Assembly: GCF_022539665.2 (NCBI RefSeq)
Contig: NC_081331.1
Coordinates: forward strand, 6,324,001-6,388,000
Length of the DNA: 64,000 bases
Reading direction: 5' to 3'
DNA from: Daphnia carinata
Lineage: Eukaryota
Shown here: one piece after another, positions 60,590 through 64,000 of the stretch
Position numbering within the stretch: position 1 is the stretch's first letter
Layout of the letters: each line of letters opens with the position of its first letter
Made by a program: the position numbers and the translations under genes
The notes under the pieces: generated by a model
Database searches by the model: none
What the model saw: the letters and a program-made list of their open reading frames with translations, nothing else
What the model was told of the DNA's origin: nothing

Positions 60590-63100
60590 TTTACATAGAA
60601 AACCGATAAGAGTTTTTGGACTACCGTACTGCTTTTCGCATGTTTGACGTTTATCCGTCGATATCCATGTTGCCATGGCTAAAACAACAAAAAGGTTGGA
60701 ATCTAGATACTACGTGGTACGTTATTATACAAATATTTATTCATTAATTGTTTTCATAATTTATTTTTGTTACAGCTTTCACTTTACGCTATGTACTTCG
60801 AGGACTTTGCGTTTAGCTGTGAAAACCTTATTCTTCTATAAGCAAGGCATGTCGTTTTGAGATTCCATTTTAATCATTACTAAAACATTTTCAAAATTGT
60901 ATCACGTTTTCAGTGCGTCTTGTATTGCCAACACTGCTGATGTCTGAAATAACCATGGCCTAGGTAAGGTTTGAGTCGTATAATTCTTTTATGTGCTATA
61001 TTAATCTGAAGTCTTTCTTATCTGTGAAACGAGAGCAAAGAAAAGGAAGCATTCGTCTTTAAAACAACCGACTACGCAGCAACATGCAACCATGTATCTA
61101 CCATTATCATAAGGGTTTGTTATTAGAAACACAGAGTTAAACATCCGGAATTGGCACAGCAGCAAAGCTTCAACTTCAAAATAGTTGGAAGCCATACAAG
61201 TAATAGTATTTATTTAAAATTTTACGCTTCTCAATCTGAAGTTGAGTGCTGAAGCTCTTCCCGTATTCATATATAATTGAAATGTTCAAGTGATGTGAAC
61301 GAGGTAGGACATCCATTTAGATCCAAATCATTCTAACATCTAGATATCTTGCGTAGTTTGTCATAAGTAATCCCTCAATCGTCCTCCATTTTACTATACC
61401 ATTCTATTCCACAAATTCAAAGTTAATTCCAATTACAAAGGGAACGGCCTCCTTGCGGATATTTATTTATTACGTATAAATTTATCTTTGTTTAATGTAT
61501 TTCTTTGAAAGTGAAAATGCAGGCAGAACGAAACGGAATCACTAAGAGCCGTTTTGGTCAGTGTGGGAACGGGGTGAAGTTAAATCCGGCTAAGGTCTAA
61601 AGGCGAAGCCTTAAGCACGGGATTTATTTAATAAATTTACAATTCGGGTGATTTTTTTTTCTTATTTCACATCATGTAAACTATATATACACACCTTTTG
61701 ATTTTATGCTTAATAGGCTTTCTCGAATATACGCGGCGGATGTTTTAAAATTGCATTATGTCTGTATATTGGAGTAGGCCTATCGTAGTTTAAATCCCAG
61801 AAGTGTGTGATTCATTCCTCATCAGGGCAAAACATATAGTTAACAAGATGTCGAATTCAGTTGTCGATCGAGGAAGTTTTCAATGCTTTCTGTTGATTTC
61901 GTCGAAGGTTTTCGGCCGGATTGCACTCAACTCGTCCCCATACTGACCGAAATGGCTCTGGATGATTTCGTTTGCTTTCCAACAGACAAACATTCCATCT
62001 ATTTCAAAGCGTGCTTTATACTTGAGAAAACCGAATACGCCTTGATAGGTCTCTGCACGTGAGGCCGTTTCCCCTGTAGTTGGAATGAAATGGTATGGTA
62101 GAATGGATGAAAATTAGATGAACTTGAATTAACAGATATTTTTCTGGATTTTTTTATCGCACACATCACGTACAGTCTACATTTTTCAATAGCAGTGGTA
62201 CATATTAATCTGTCCTGATGGTGAATTAATAGAAAATTCTGATGTTCAATAATTCTTGAAATGCACAAAACTTATCTTCAAAGGATTAAGATTTTAGTTA
62301 GTGGTAATCTTAATAGCCATGTTTTTCTTGAATCGTTATAATATTTTTCCCTTCCAGATTACATTAAATCAAGGGATTGCTCTCCTACTATGATTACAAC
62401 AAGGAGTCACATCAATTCCAAACAAGTTAACAATGAAGGTTTTATGGAAAAGCACTAGCACGTAACCTGGATGAGCCCGGCGGATCTCCTTAGCCAAGGT
62501 TTAAAATGTTTTCTCTGTCTGGCTGTTACGCAAAACAAGGGTGCGTGACACATACTAAATCGGGTGAGTAATTAGTAAATAAGACCTATCGAAGTTTAAT
62601 TATTCTCGGAACATTAAGAATCATCCTTATTTTCTTCTAATAGAAACTTTCTCTTTCTAGGTTACTAATATTGATGGATTTACATTGCGCCGGAAAAATT
62701 GCAGCTAGCATCAACAGCCGTTAAAGTATGTAAATAATATGTGAACTTGCGTCACCAGGAAGTGGGTTTTGAGGACTGTTTGATTTGCCCAAAATTTTTA
62801 GTTTCCCAAGGATCTACGTAGGCGTCTCCAATTGGATACGAAACATCCTACTGACTGTCACCGTTTTACAATCTGCTGAAAGGTAATAAACGTTATTCTT
62901 GTTAGACTACTCGGTATTCTCCTGCGTGTTATTCCGCGCTATCCGATTCAGTTTTCTCTGGGCTATTTTGAGCGTGTTTTATACTTTTTACGTTCAATCG
63001 TCTGACTCTGGGGACGAGCGCAAAAAACTAAAATGTCGTTCTTTTTGGTCAATATCTTCATTAAATTGGTATTAGCGCAAAGGGCACACAGGCGTTCGCA
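60590..63100 (+). pseudogene. Possible decayed multi-exon gene or spliced non-coding transcript within the arm (mirror ~52120-54630)
   Basis: Regular alternation of 60-350 nt blocks and AT-rich 60-80 nt gaps bounded by gtaagg/gtatgg/gtgagt and tttcag/ttccag/ttctag; every frame is interrupted by stops. Confidence 0.35.
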
Positions 63101-64000
63101 ATACCGAACCGATTGTTTTATATGTAAATGTCGTGTTTTTGTATCATGTTGTGTGACCGACAGTTGATCTTCTAGTAATTCGTTGTTTTGACTTAACCTT
63201 GTCATTTTGTATTTTCATTTTCTAACCGAGAAGACACAAGAAAAACCTGGTGATTATGTGTTGATATTTATACGACTAAAAGCTGGCAAGAGATGGGAAG
63301 TACTATTTTAAACAAAAACGCGTAAGATTATTTATTCTTAAACTACAGTTTGATGCTGGTCAGACACGCTTGTAAAAAGCCCTGTGAAATTTCCAATCTA
63401 AATCATGTATTTTAATGGTAATACCGAGGTTTTTTAATAAACAATTTGTTCACTAATTCTTCTTCGATTCACTTTTATTTTGGTTGTTGAGAAAAAAACT
63501 AGATGTCGCTGTTGCGCTTCCAAAATGGTGGAATGTTTACGTGTGACAGTGGTGTAAGCAGTTAATCCTGCTTGAAAGTCTTTGTTAAAAATGTTAGACT
63601 CCAGTGAAAAGTTGTATAAAATTAAGTACTATTAAGTGTTTTATTCCCTGTGTCGTTTTGGACGTGAAGCAAACCAAATATTTCATTTTTCATGTAACGG
63701 GCAATCTTGCAAGCTATGCAAGCTGCCAATTCCAAACTGTCACAAATTGCTCTGTCAAAGAACTATGACCTTAGCATTCCATCATGCTACTCTGTTGCTC
63801 TATTTAGAGGTATGTAACTTGTGTGTGTGGCCGTTAATATTGGCATGATTCTGACTTTAACATCTAGCTTTGTAAAACTTACAACGGAAGACATACTAAC
63901 CAGTGGGAAGGTCACCAATGATAGAACCAACACACCACTGTCTCATTTGACTACCCTTTGCCTAGTCATCAGAAACAGCTTTAATCTGACTAGTGCATCG

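Larger units (their letters stand above)
58170..64000 (+). repeat. Right arm of large inverted repeat, beginning with the element end motif plus C30 and running off the window
   Basis: TATGGCAATCCGTTTTACA at 58170, C-run 58193-58222, then near-identity to the reverse complement of 57018-51223. Confidence 0.98.

Overview
Eukaryotic genomic DNA: AT-rich, gene-dense, with short (about 55-85 nt) spliceosomal introns. Gene content and style suggest a branchiopod crustacean such as Daphnia (inference, not a database result). The centre (5.5-37.4 kb) holds a coiled-coil gene, an uncharacterised gene, a kraken/SERHL-like hydrolase, two tandem somatomedin-B-domain class B GPCRs interleaved with three tRNA-Thr(AGT) genes, a GH16 beta-1,3-glucanase/GNBP, an intron-containing tRNA-Ile(TAT), a protein with TPX2-like motifs, an AANAT-like GNAT, WBP11, TXNDC9 and a SMYD methyltransferase. 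The flanks (0.7-4.7 kb and 37.5-64 kb) are nested, mostly non-autonomous DNA-element sequence. Main observations: (1) a near-perfect inverted repeat with arms of at least 5.8 kb, best read as two head-to-head copies of a ~9.4 kb element with a 19-bp end motif TATGGCAATCCGTTTTACA; (2) recurrent pairs of decayed tRNA genes of different identities inside these repeats; (3) a multi-hairpin module in several copies with one compensatory base-pair change; (4) a clean hAT MITE with an 8-bp TSD. All alignments and exon models were made by eye, so boundaries are approximate unless stated.
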